Below are positions 52,211 to 63,440 of a stretch of DNA of 64,000 nt, in pieces (position 1 is the first letter of the stretch; each line of letters opens with the position of its first letter). The translations under genes and the position numbers were made by a program. The stretch is from Torpedo marmorata. Lineage: Eukaryota. The notes under the pieces were generated by a model that was not told the DNA's origin, ran no database searches, and was given only the letters and a program-made list of their open reading frames with translations. The DNA is taken from NCBI GenBank assembly GCA_977017645.1, contig OZ360230.1:35340001-35404000 (forward strand), written 5' to 3'.

Positions 52211-55200
52211 GTCCCGAATTGAGACCGTGTCCTCTCTCCCATCCGGGAAGACCACGTAGGCGTACTGCGGGTTAGCGTGCGCTAACTGCACCCTCTGGAC
52301 CGCGGGCTCATATTTGCTGCTCCGGAGGTGGTTGCGGAGCAGCACCGGCCCCGGAGACGTCAGCCAGGCAGGCAGGGCGGTTCCGGTGTTCGACCTCCTG
52401 GAGAAGGAGAAAAATCTCTCATGAGGCGTTACATTGGTGGCTGTGCACAGTAAGGACCGTATCGAATGGAGGGCTTCGGGGAGAACATCTTGCCAGCAGG
52501 AAACCGGCAGTCCCCTGGACTTGAGAGCCAGGAGCGCCGCCTTCCAGACAGTGGCGTTCTCCCTTTCCACCTGTCCATTACCTCGGGGGTTGTATGCGGT
52601 GGTCCTACTAGTGGCGATGCCCCGGGTCAGCAGGAACTGGCGCAGCTCCTCACTCATAAAAGCTGATCCCCGGTCGCTATGAATGTAGTTCGGGAAGCCG
52701 AACAGCGTAAATACCTGGCAAAGAGCTTTTATGGTTGAGGCAGCCGAAGTGTCGGGGCAGGGAATGGCGAAGGGGAACCGCGAGTACTCGTCAATAATGT
52801 TCAGAAAGTACACATTGCGGTTCGTGGAGGGAAGGGGGCCCTTGAAGTCAATGCTGAGACGTTCAAAGGGGCGAGTGGCTTTGATCAGCTGTGCCTTGTC
52901 GGGGCGGTAGAACTGGGGTTTGCACTCTGCGCAAACCCGGCAACTGCTGATCATTGTCCTGACCTCTTCCAGGGAGTATGGCAGGTTCTGTGACTTCACG
53001 AAGTGAAAGAACCTGGTAATTCCTGGGTGGCATAGGTCGTCATGTAGGGCGTGTAATCGGTCGACCTGCGCGCTGGCGCATGATCCCCGGGATAGAGCAT
53101 CGGAGGGCTCATTGAGCTTCCCGGGCCGGTACATGATGTCATAATTGTAGGTGGAGAGCTCTATTCTCCACCTCATGATCTTGTCATTTTTGATCTTACC
53201 CCGCTGCTGATTGTTGAACATGAATGCCACAGAGCGTTGATCTGTCAGCAGGGTAAAATGCTTACCGGCGAGATAGTGCCTCCAATGCCTGATGGCCTCC
53301 ACTATGGCCTGGGCTTCCTTCTCCACCGCTGAGTGCCTAATTTCGGGGCCCTGAAGGGTTCGAGAGAAAAATGCCACCGGCCTTCCCGCCTGGTTGAGGG
53401 TAGCAGCCAGCGCGAAGTCCGATGCGTCACTCTCCACCTGGAAAGGTGTCTCCTCATCCACTGCGTGCATTGTTGCTCGCGCAATGTCCCCTTTTATAAG
53501 GTCGAACGCCTTACGTGCCTCCGAAGCAAGGGGAAATGCAATGGATTTCACAAGGGGTCGGGCCTTATCCGCATAATTTGGGACCCATTGGGCATAATAG
53601 GAAAAGAACCCCAGGCATCGTTTAAGGGCTCTGGGATTGGTGGGGAGCGGAAGTTCCAGCAGGGGCCGCATGCGTTCGGGGTCTGGTCCAATTACCCCGT
53701 TCTCGACCACATACCCCAAAATAGCGAGGCGAGTGGTACCAAACACGCATTTTTCTTTGTTATACGTGAGGTTTAGAGCTTCGGCCGCCTGCAGGAACCT
53801 CCGGAGGTTGTTGTCATGGTCCTGACGATCATAACCACAGATGGTAATGTCGTCAAGATATGGGAAAGTGGCTTTAAGTTTGTAATGGTCCACAATCCTG
53901 TCCATCTCCCGCTGAAAAACAGAAACACCATTAGTAACACCAAACGGAAGGCGCAGGAATTGGAACAGCCTGCCATCTGCCTCGAACGCGGTGTATGAAC
54001 AGTCCTCCCGACGGATAGGGAGCTGGTGATATGCCAATTTCAAGTCGATGGTGGAAAAGAGACGGTATTGGGCAATTTGGTTCACCATCTCCGCTATCCG
54101 TGGTAGCGGGTATGCGTCTAGTAGCGTAAACCTGTTAATGGTTTGGCTGTAGTCCACCACCATTCTGCTCTTGGCCCCTTTTACAACAACCACCTGGGCT
54201 CTCCAGGGACTATTACTCTTCTCTATAATCCCTTCCTGTAGCAATCTCTGTACCTCCGTCTTGATAAATGCTCTGTCCTCGGCACTGTAACGTCTGCTTT
54301 TAGTTGCCACAGGCCTACAGTCCGGGGTCAGGTTCGCAAACAACGACGGAGGCGAGATCTTAAGGGTGGAGAGACCACAGGTGGTTTCGGGCGTGCTATC
54401 CAGAAACTGGTGGTTGGCTACAGTGATCGCGGGGAGAGGACCGTCATACCGCATTGTAACGCTCTGCAAATGGCTTTGAAAATCCAAACCCAGTAACACC
54501 GGCGCACACAAACGGTTCATGACAAACAAGGAAAATTGCCAGTACTCAGTCCCTTGTACCACAATGTTCGCCACACACGCCCCCCGGATGTCTGTTGTGT
54601 GGGACCCCGACGCCATGGCCACCCTCTGGCTTACCGGTACAATCGTTAGGCCACAGCGTTGAACAGTATCCGGGTGGATAAAGCTCTCAGTGCTGCCAGT
54701 GTCGAATAAACACGTTATCTTGTGTCCCTCGACCAGTATGTCCATCATGGATCTTGTCAGCTGGTGGGGAACGTTCTGGTCGAGGGTGATGGATGCCAAA
54801 GTTGGGGTGAAGTCGTCTTGGTCCGAGGTCTTTAAAAATGGCCGCTCCCGTGGGTTGCACGTGTCGCTGGAGGTCTCTGTACAAAATGGCGGCGCCGGAA
54901 GTGCAGGAAGTAACGAGGTACGGCTCTGAGATGGCGGCGCCGGAAGTGCCAGCATGAAAGATGGCCGCTTCCACTCCTCACACGCTGTCGGCGCCAGAAG
55001 TGCCAGTCTGCAAGATGGTCGCTCCCATCTCTCGCACGCGGCACTACTCGGGCCCACGCGCGGCTTGGAGCGGCAGGCCTTCGCGAAGTGGCCTTTCTTG
55101 CCGCAGTTGGAACAAGTCGCGTCACGGGCCGGGCAGCGTTTCCTCGTATGCTTGTCGAGCCCGCAGAAGTAGCACTTCTCGGGCTCGCGATTAACAGCTG

Positions 55201-55870
55201 CGGCGGTGAGAGTAGCGTCGGTAGTGGTCGGGTCGCGGGTAGCGGCGGCAGCAATCGGGTCGCGGGCCACAGCGGCCACAATTGGATCGGTGGGGCTGGG
55301 GAACGGGGCGATCCACGCATTAGCCTGGGGGTCCCGCGTCTGCATCGCGTCGGAGTTCTGCAGCGCGGACTCCAGCGTGCGGGCCATCGCCACCCCAGAA
55401 CGGAGATCGAGGTCAGAGTGCTCCAGCAGTCGCTGGCGTACGTATACTGACCTCATCCCCATAATAAAGGTGTCCCTCTCCAGCAGATCAACATGTTGTT
55501 CTTCAGTCAGCGCTTTACAGGCGCACGCTCGCACTAGGGACTGGATGTCCCTGACAAAGTCCACTATTGACTCCCTGGCCCGCTGTTTTCGTAACGATAG
55601 TCTATACCTCACGTAGACCTCATTAACGGGGGTCACATAGATCTTTCTCAGTGCCTCCATCGCCTCGTCGTACGTCCCACATTTCCAGATGGTTGAATAC
55701 AACTGAGGGCTTACCCTAGATACTAGGACCTCTAGTTTCTGCTCGTCGCTTTCGGCCTTGACCTCCTTTGAGAACGATCGGAGGCAGCGTAGCCAGTGTT
55801 CGAATGCATGGCCAGCATCAGGAGCTAAAGGGTCGATGTCCAGTCGGTCCGGTCGGAGGGCGCCTTCCAT
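52139..55870 (-). CDS. Gag-Pol polyprotein (2x CCHC, protease, RT, RNase H, integrase), 1243 aa from the first internal ATG
   Basis: CYFCGLDKHTRKRC and CSNCGKKGHFAKAC, LFDTGS, LPFG, YLDD, SDASD, TDQRS, HDDLCH..CRVCAEC, IDFKGP/HSDRG/GQVERE; no internal stops. Confidence 0.93.
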   Translation of the reverse strand: MEGALRPDRLDIDPLAPDAGHAFEHWLRCLRSFSKEVKAESDEQKLEVLVSRVSPQLYSTIWKCGTYDEAMEALRKIYVTPVNEVYVRYRLSLRKQRARESIVDFVRDIQSLVRACACKALTEEQHVDLLERDTFIMGMRSVYVRQRLLEHSDLDLRSGVAMARTLESALQNSDAMQTRDPQANAWIAPFPSPTDPIVAAVARDPIAAAATRDPTTTDATLTAAAVNREPEKCYFCGLDKHTRKRCPARDATCSNCGKKGHFAKACRSKPRVGPSSAACERWERPSCRLALLAPTACEEWKRPSFMLALPAPPSQSRTSLLPALPAPPFCTETSSDTCNPRERPFLKTSDQDDFTPTLASITLDQNVPHQLTRSMMDILVEGHKITCLFDTGSTESFIHPDTVQRCGLTIVPVSQRVAMASGSHTTDIRGACVANIVVQGTEYWQFSLFVMNRLCAPVLLGLDFQSHLQSVTMRYDGPLPAITVANHQFLDSTPETTCGLSTLKISPPSLFANLTPDCRPVATKSRRYSAEDRAFIKTEVQRLLQEGIIEKSNSPWRAQVVVVKGAKSRMVVDYSQTINRFTLLDAYPLPRIAEMVNQIAQYRLFSTIDLKLAYHQLPIRREDCSYTAFEADGRLFQFLRLPFGVTNGVSVFQREMDRIVDHYKLKATFPYLDDITICGYDRQDHDNNLRRFLQAAEALNLTYNKEKCVFGTTRLAILGYVVENGVIGPDPERMRPLLELPLPTNPRALKRCLGFFSYYAQWVPNYADKARPLVKSIAFPLASEARKAFDLIKGDIARATMHAVDEETPFQVESDASDFALAATLNQAGRPVAFFSRTLQGPEIRHSAVEKEAQAIVEAIRHWRHYLAGKHFTLLTDQRSVAFMFNNQQRGKIKNDKIMRWRIELSTYNYDIMYRPGKLNEPSDALSRGSCASAQVDRLHALHDDLCHPGITRFFHFVKSQNLPYSLEEVRTMISSCRVCAECKPQFYRPDKAQLIKATRPFERLSIDFKGPLPSTNRNVYFLNIIDEYSRFPFAIPCPDTSAASTIKALCQVFTLFGFPNYIHSDRGSAFMSEELRQFLLTRGIATSRTTAYNPRGNGQVERENATVWKAALLALKSRGLPVSCWQDVLPEALHSIRSLLCTATNVTPHERFFSFSRRSNTGTALPAWLTSPGPVLLRNHLRSSKYEPAVQRVQLAHANPQYAYVVFPDGREDTVSIRDLLSVPATPLPSFGCPGNPSPFLT

Positions 55871-55893
55871 AATTTTTCTTATGTGTATTAAAT

Positions 55894-56137
55894 TGATATG
55901 CCTATCAATTAGCACTCAAGAGACTATGAGTGGGTTAACGAACCATAGGCTTTAATACACATAAAACAGACCAACAGTAGACCTGCAGATCTCTCCCGGA
56001 CTGTGGGCGGAGCAGTGGCACACAGGCCTTTATTCAGGTGAGAAAAGGGGAGGGATTACCTGGATACCCAAAGGAGGGGAGAGGAGTCGCCGGGACAGAC
56101 AGCAGTACATACAATACACAAACAGTGGTTTACCACA
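55894..56137 (-). repeat. 5' LTR, 244 bp
   Basis: TGTGG...TATCA on minus, with an ATTAAA poly(A)-signal candidate. Confidence 0.93.
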
Positions 56138-56299
56138 CTCACACCGCAAAAATTGAATAAATTTAAATCAGAAATATCAGATAAATGTTTTAGATGCGGC
56201 AAAGAAATAGGAACGTTTTTACATTTAACCTGGTCATGCCCCAAGGTAAAACCTTTTTGGACGGATTTAGAACAAATCATAATCATTTTTTGAAATGAA

Positions 56300-57535
56300 A
56301 TATTACAGCAAATTACTGCTGGAACTCCATCTACAAGTTTGCAGATGACACCACTGTTTTAGGCCAGATCTCAAACAATGAAAAGATAGAGTATAGTTCA
56401 AGTTCAAGTTTACGATCATCCAATTGTACAACCTGACGAAACAGTGTTCTCCGGTCCTTGATGCAAAAACATGCAAACACACATCCAGACATAACACATA
56501 TACAGCCAAACGATACATATGCAATAAGTATATACATATATAAAAATAAATATTGTTTAATAAATCGTAGTCTTGGAGAGCTTGTTTGAGCACTTCATTT
56601 CAGTCATTCAGCAGTCTCAGGGAAGAAGCTGTTTCTCAGTCTGGCGGTTCTGGCTCCGATACTCCTGTACCTCTTTCCTGATGGGCGTAGCTGAAAGATG
56701 CTGTGTTCAGGGACGTAGGGGTCCTCAACGAGCTCTCTTCAAACAACGATCCCGGTAAATCACGTTGATGGGGGGAAAAGAGTCTTATACCATGGTGTCA
56801 GGATAACAAACTCTCCCTCATTGTCAGCAAAGCAAAGAAGCTGATCATTGACTTCAGGAAATTTGGGGGTGTGGTACACATCCCTGTATCTATCAGTAGC
56901 ACTGAGGAGGAGATGGCAGAGAAATTCAAGCTCTTAGGATAAATATCATGAAAGTCCTGTCCTGATCCAACCACGTTGACACTACCACAAAGAAAGTGCA
57001 TCAACAACTCTACCTTCTTAGAAACGAGGAAATGTAGCATGTCCCAAGATCACTTTCTGATTGTTTTACAGATGCACCTGTTCTGATGCATCACAGCTTG
57101 GAATAGGAAGTGGTCTATATGGAGAGAGTGGAAAGCACAAAGTTCCTTGGTATGCATATAAAAGATAAACTAACCACAACACCTCCTCAATATTCAGGAA
57201 GGCACAGCAGTGCCTATACTCCCGAAGGAGGTTGAAGGGAGCAAGACTACCGGCATCCATTTTGACAACATTTTACAGGAGCACAATTGAGAGTGCCCTG
57301 TCTAGCTACATCATTGTGTGGCACGGTAGTTGCAAAGCATCAAAGCATCAGACTGGAAGTTAATACAGAGGATCATCAAAATAGCCGAGAAGATCACTGG
57401 GGTCTCCCTTTCCTCTAATGATGACATTTACTGGGAGCGTTGTTTAAATAGGGCTCAAAGAATTATAAAAGACCCAGTCCATCCAGACACAGTATCTTTG
57501 ATCCACTACCATCAAGGAGGAGGTACAGGAGCATC
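56300..57535. mobile_element. Cluster of decayed Rex1/Babar-type LINE fragments in both orientations
   Basis: IYKFADDTT-like sequence at ~56330, (TTCAAG)n tail at 56396, QRIIKIAEKITG...AQRIIKDP at 57330-57530. Confidence 0.65.
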
Positions 57536-57536
57536 A

Positions 57537-60170
57537 AAATCAGAATCAGAATTTATTGTCATGAACATGTCACAAAATTCATTGTTTTGCGGCAGCATCA
57601 CAGTGCAAATATTGCTATAAATTACATTACAAAAATAAATAAATAGTGCAAGAAAATAAGAGAAAATGAGGTAGTGCCTGTGGTTCATTGTCCATTCAGA
57701 AATCTTTTGGCAGAGGGGAGGAAGCTGTCCTTGTGATGTTAGATGCTCGTCTTCAGGCTCCTGTACCTCTTTCCTTTTTTTAAAAAAATATTTTATTTAA
57801 ATTTTAAAATCACACATTACATAAAATAATTTGAATATATTTCAAAGAAAAAATACATGTGATTTACATTTTCTCCCCCCCTTCCCGCCCTCCCCACCCT
57901 AACCCCCCCCCCTCTACTCTAAAAAATAATAATATAGTAAAGAAAAGAAAGAGAAAAAGGAAAGATAGAAAAATAGAGTGAGGAGACATCGACCTAAAAC
58001 TAATTTACCTTAGAGGTTATTTCGCCAGTGGATCTAACATTCAGAGAATTTACATTGTTAAACTCATAATCCTCATATATGGGCCCCAAATTTTCAAAAA
58101 AGAATGATATTTATTTCGCAGATTGTAAGTAATTTTTTCTAAAGGTATACATGAACGTAACTCTGCATGCCATCGCTCTAAATTTAAATCCACATCTGAC
58201 TTCCAAGTAATGGCTATACACTTTTTCGAAACTGCTAATACTATACGTAAAAATTCTACTTGATACATGTTTAATCTGTTTCTAATACTAAATTTTTTAA
58301 TATCCCCAAATAAAAATAACATAGGATCCATTGTAAACTCAATATTAAAAATTCTCTCTAAGAAATTCTTAACTTTCAACCAAAAATCTTGAATTATTGA
58401 ACATAACCATGTACAATGTACAAAAGAACCTATTTCACTTTTACATCTAAAACACATATCTGATAACGCTAGATTAAACTTCTTCAATTTTTTAGGTGTC
58501 AAATATAATTGATGAAAAAAATTATATTGTACTAATCTATATGTCACATTAATAACTTTAGTCATACTTAATTTACATAAATCTCTCCAATGATTTTCAT
58601 CTATATTAACATTTAAATCTAATTCCCATTTTAATCTAGACCTATGCACTCCTACTTTAGACATCTGTCTTTGAAACAATTTATACATTTGCGATATAAA
58701 CTTATTAATATTAGCTTTAGTAATTAACAATTCCAATTCATTTTGTCTTGGTGCTATTAATTCATTCCCTAATCTCTCAATCAGAAAGGCTTTAACTTGA
58801 AAATAAACTAAGATTGTATTATCTAATATATTAAATTTTTCTTTTAACCTTTGAAAAGTAATAAATCTACCAGCCTCAAAACAATTTTTAAAAGTCTTAA
58901 TTCCTTTTTGGAACCATAATCTAAGTAACTGATTATCCATAGAAAATGGTATAAGCGGATTTTGGTATATTGGTGTATTTAAAGATATTGATCCTTTTCG
59001 ACCTATTTCTTTATCTACTTGTGACCAAATTTCCAGCAAGTGTTTAATAATTGGTGTGTTTTTCTTTTAAACTGACAACAATTTGGAATTCCATTTATAA
59101 ATAATCTCTTCTTTATGTGTTTCAATTCTATATTAATCCAAGCAGATGATTTATTCAAATCAAAAAAATCATTAATAAACTTTAATTGCGCTACTTTATA
59201 GTAATACTGAAAATTGGGAAGTTGTAATCCTCCCATCTCATAATTCCATGTTAATTTATCCATACTTACTCTTGCCAACTTTCCTTTCCATAAAAATTTC
59301 CTAACAACAAATTTTAAATCCTTAAAAAATTTGTTTGGGATACCATAAGGAATCGATTGAAAAAGATATTGAATTCTTGGAAAAACATTCATTTTAATAC
59401 AATTCACTCTTCCCATCAAAGTTATAGGTAAGTCTTTCCAAAGTTCTAAATCTTTTTTTATTTTCATAAATAAAGGTATATAATTTAATTTATACAAATT
59501 TTCCAATTTTGTATCTACTTTAACTCCCAGATATTTAATACTCTCTTTAGTCCATTTAAAATCCGTAACTTCCTTACATCTAGTATAATCCCCTTGAGAT
59601 AAGGCCAAAATCTCACTTTTATCTGAATTAATTTTATATCCAGATATCTCACCATATTCTGTCAATGTAATAACCAATCGTTGAAGTGATGTAACAGATT
59701 TCGTCATATATATTAATACATCGTCTGCAAATAAACTAATCTTATGTTCTTCCCTACCAACTTTTATTCCCATTATATTTATATCCTCCCTAATCATTTC
59801 AGCTAAAGGCTCTATTACCAATACAAACAAAGCAGGTGACAAAGGACACCCCTGTCTTGTTGATCTTGATAACAAAAATTTTTGTGATACTTGTCCATTT
59901 GTAACTACTTTGGCCGTAGGTTCTTTATATATAGTTTTAATCCAATTTATAAAGTTATCTCCAAATCCAAATTTTTCCAAAACTTTAAATAAAAAATTCC
60001 ACTCTACTCTATCTAAAGCCTTCTCTGCATCCAATGTTACCATTGTACCTCTTTCCTGATGGTAGCAGTGTGAAGAAGGCATGGCCTGGGTGGTGAGGGT
60101 CCTTGAGGATAGAAGCTGCTTTCTTAAAACACCACCTCTTGTAGATGTCCATGATGAAGTGAAGACTCAC
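57537..60170 (-). mobile_element. Rex1/Babar LINE 3' end, split by an L1
   Basis: (ATTCTG)n tail at 57537; KKAASILKDPHHPGHAFFTLLPSGKRY at 60045-60150. Confidence 0.85.
57776..60043 (-). mobile_element. 5'-truncated L1 (same family as 17120-22967)
   Basis: ORFs 59015-60082 and 58050-59039 encode RT to C-terminus; 14-bp TSD TGTACCTCTTTCCT at 57762-57775 and 60044-60057. Confidence 0.95.
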
Positions 60171-60259
60171 CAGAACTGCTAGGCTGGGAAATAGCTTCTT
60201 CCCACAGGTTGTGAGATTGATGAGCAGCAAACAGAGTAAATCACCCCAAAATATTTATA

Positions 60260-60900
60260 TAAATGTTTTTCAAATTATATCTTTATGTATTATATTTGAT
60301 TATTATGTACTGTGTTGTGTGTGTATGTTTGTGCACCATGGTACGGAGAAACACTGTTTCGTCGGGTTGCATACGTATGTACAATCAGATGATAATAAAC
60401 TTGAACTTGAGAAAGAAACTGCAGAACTTTACGAACATAGCTCAGGCCATCACACAAACCAACTTCACCTTCATTAACTCTGTCTATCCTCCCGCTGTCT
60501 CAGGAAAGGTGCCAACTTATTAAAGGACCCATCCTATCCCAGTCACCTTCTCTTCCCTCGTTCCATTGGGGAGAAGATACATAAGCTTGAAAACACAAAT
60601 CTCTAGGTTCAAGAACAGTTTCATTCCTGCTGTTACAAGACTCTTAAATTGACTTCTCATTGGTAAAAGATGATGCTCTTGCACTGATTTAACTGGACTT
60701 TTCTCTATACTCTGTGCTTTGTCTTTGTAACACTCTACCCTGCACTCTTTAAGGTACTGTAACACTATATCCTGCACTATTCTTTCATTATTGCACTACC
60801 TGCTGCGCTTAATAATTGGTTGACTTGCCTGGATGGCACAAAGAACAAATTTTTTCACTATGTTTACATTTGTGACAATAAACAATTCAATTTCCAAAGT
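60260..60900 (+). mobile_element. Old Rex1/Babar-type LINE 3' fragments
   Basis: (AACTTG)n tail at ~60400; decayed IKDPSYPSHLLF..PLGRRYISLK..RFKNSF at 60520-60650. Confidence 0.6.
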
Positions 60901-60949
60901 TCCTTGGGTTTTAGAAAGATTCCTGCACAGAAGATAGCAAATCTGACTG

Positions 60950-61750
60950 TCTTATTCAGGATTATTTTATTGTCATGTAATAAAACAGAAAATGTGATAT
61001 TACATGAAATTTCCTTTAGTCTACCGTAAGGCACACAAAGATTCGCCATCATCAGAAATTGCCCGGCGCACTTACAGTCAGAGGAAGAGAAGCAAAAGAG
61101 AGTCTCCCCAGAGTCATTGAGTGTCCTGGAATCACTTCCAGTGCTCCTGCAGCCTCCACAGCCACACAACCTTCATTCCAAACCATCAGCAACCCGAGCT
61201 CCAGATCCACACCTCTGAAACGATCAGGAAGTCCTCAGCGCCCTCGGCATCCTCTCACATCCCTGTTTCGAACCCTGTTGTCCCTTCAGCCAGTCTCGAG
61301 CCAGACTCCAGCAGTCCGTAGCCTGGTTCGAGTCCCTTGACCGCTGTCACCAGCAGCCTGCAGCCTGTGTGGGTTCCTCGCCTTGAGTCACCAACAGCCC
61401 GCCAACAGTGTGCTCTTCAGCCTCAGAGCCCCTTGCTGGTCTGTCGCTGTGGTCAACGTCCTGTGGGTTGTCTCCTCTCAAACAAGGGGTGGTCTCCCCA
61501 GTTTCTGCTGCCCTGTGCCAGTCCTCTGCTTCCCCGGAGTCTGCAACCCCTCGTGGCTGCTGCCGTGCATAGGCGCTGCCATCTTGGGCCCAGGCCCGCG
61601 GTCGCAGGATTTTAAATAAACCACCGTCAGCTCAATTAACAGGCCATTTAAAGCCTGCTAAATGGTGGTTGGACTCCACGGGGGAGCACTGTGTCTCCAC
61701 TCCCCGCGGGTCCACACCAGTGGCAGCGCTGCCGTTACAGCAGCTCCGGC
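60950..61750 (-). mobile_element. GC-rich non-autonomous retroposon, second full-length copy
   Basis: Colinear with 2538-3362 from the tail to the 5' end (CCAGTGGCAGCGCTGCCG..CAG..GCTCCGGC). Confidence 0.85.
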
Positions 61751-62574
61751 TGGTAAGGAAAGAGGAAGAGAGATGGGAAACTCCAGGTCAGCTAGCTTAA
61801 CATCAGGAAAATGGAAAACACTGGAATCTATTATAAGTGATGTCATAACATAAGATTACAATATGAGCAGAAAAACATCGATTTCTTAAAGGAAAATCAT
61901 GGTTTATAAATCTGTCAGAGCTATTGGAACTCTCTCTCATCTTCAAACCTCATTTGATAAAGTACAATAAAAAGTTAATTTTCAACATTAGAATGCTGAG
62001 CATGAGAGATAATTTATTGGCAAGGTTTTTACAGTGAGAGTAGTTTGTAAGTAACTGAGGCCCTCTTAAATCAATGATTTCTAATTGATTCAATCTGCAA
62101 AGGTTGGGACAATGCAACATGTGGAAGAGCAGAATATCACAAGTAGTACTTTCAGGATTTACAGGCTGAACCGGGGCTGTCTACTTCTTAGGCACTCCCT
62201 TGGGATCAAGGATGAACTGTTTCCACTCTAATTTGGTGAGTTCAGAGGTGATTGAGGAGGCCATTATACGGACATTGACAAGTGGCTCCCGAGATATGGG
62301 AAATGATCCACGTTTTCCATGGTCTTACTGTGAACTTTTATGTCTGCCAATAAAGGGTTTAATGCCAGCAAATGCTGACAGTTTCATTGTTATTGCAAAA
62401 GTCCAGGCCATTATCTGTCGACCTTAAGAAATGCTCTTGCAGTCTGCTTTTACAGGCAGAGTTTTCAATTTTAAAACTGAACATTGCTTTAATTTTCTCA
62501 TATATTTCTTACCATTGCTACTCTTCACTTCTACTTTATTTCACTCCTTGAGTTATTAAACTGAATAATAAAAG

Positions 62575-62878
62575 GTAAAAAGGTAAAGGTTCCTTTTTAT
62601 TGTCACGTAATAAAACATTAAAAATGTAACATACTTGATAAACTTCAACTTATGTCTGCCGTAAGGCAAGCAAAGAGTCGCCATGAGCATTGCTCGGCAC
62701 CCTTATCAATAGGAGAAAGAGAAGCAAAAGAGAGTCTCTTCAGAGACACTTAGTGTCCGTGGATTCACCTCCAGCACTCCCACAGCCTCTGTAGCTGCAC
62801 AAATTCCACATCAAATCATCGGCAGCCCGAGCTCCAGATCTAAACCTCCGATATGATCAGGAAGCCTTCAGCGCCCTG
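62575..62878 (-). mobile_element. GC-rich retroposon, 5'-truncated copy with an (ACCTTT)n tail
   Basis: AGAAAGAGAAGCAAAAGAGAGTC and GAGCTCCAGATCTAAACCTCC are shared with the other copies. Confidence 0.8.
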
Positions 62879-63194
62879 CACAGAATTCTGAAGGAAAGAG
62901 AGAAATGACTTGTAACCTGTAAGTGACATGCTTGTACATGCAGAGGGATCAGAGGGAGGAGGATAGGGAAATTGAGTTTAGCTCAATGGTGGAACAGTTG
63001 ACTGTGGTTCAATGGTTGCTGATTCAAATCCATGTTCCGCTTTGCTTTTCCCGGAGTTTAATGGAAACTCATTGAGTATTTTCAAGGAATGATTGTTCTT
63101 TGAAAACTATGAGACACAAGACATGGTAATTGCAATGGGGAAATGGACAAGGCACAGGATCTGCCATGATTTCGGTGAATAGAGAAAAAAGCTG

Positions 63195-63440
63195 GAAGGA
63201 CCATGTTGCTTATTGGAGTAAAACACGAAAGTCTGCAGACGCACTGATTGAAGTAAAAACACAACGCTAGAGAAACTCAGCAGGTCAAACAGTGTACTTT
63301 GTAGAGCAAAGATAAAGATATATAATCAATGTTTTGAGCTTGAGCCCTTCATCAAGGTATGAGCAAATTGTAGGCAGGCACCTGAATAATATGGTGGGGT
63401 GGGAGGGGGAGGAGAACAGGCCCACTGGCAGGAGGTATTA
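63195..63440 (-). mobile_element. Penelope-like element 3' terminal fragment
   Basis: Homologous to 45308-45510 (GAGAAACTCAGCAGGTCAAACAGTGTACTTT...GAGCCCTTCATCAAGG). Confidence 0.75.

Larger units (their letters stand above)
51999..56137 (-). mobile_element. Gypsy LTR retrotransposon, probably Mag clade, young
   Basis: 5-bp TSD CTCAC (51994-51998, 56138-56142); removing it restores the L1 frame LYLTPQKL; 244-bp LTR; single gag-pol ORF. Confidence 0.96.
49880..56268 (-). mobile_element. L1 insertion with a 5' inversion, hosting a MITE and a Gypsy element
   Basis: 3' piece on minus (49880-~50476, with poly(T)); upstream RT piece on plus (~50478-56268). TSD AGAAYAAATCATAATC at 49864-49879 and 56269-56284. 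Confidence 0.88.

Noticed and set aside
59015-60082. Apparent Rex1/L1 fusion protein (MPSSHCYHQERGT joined to L1 RT)
   Set aside because: The ORF simply runs across the L1 5' truncation junction and TSD into an alternative frame of the host LINE.
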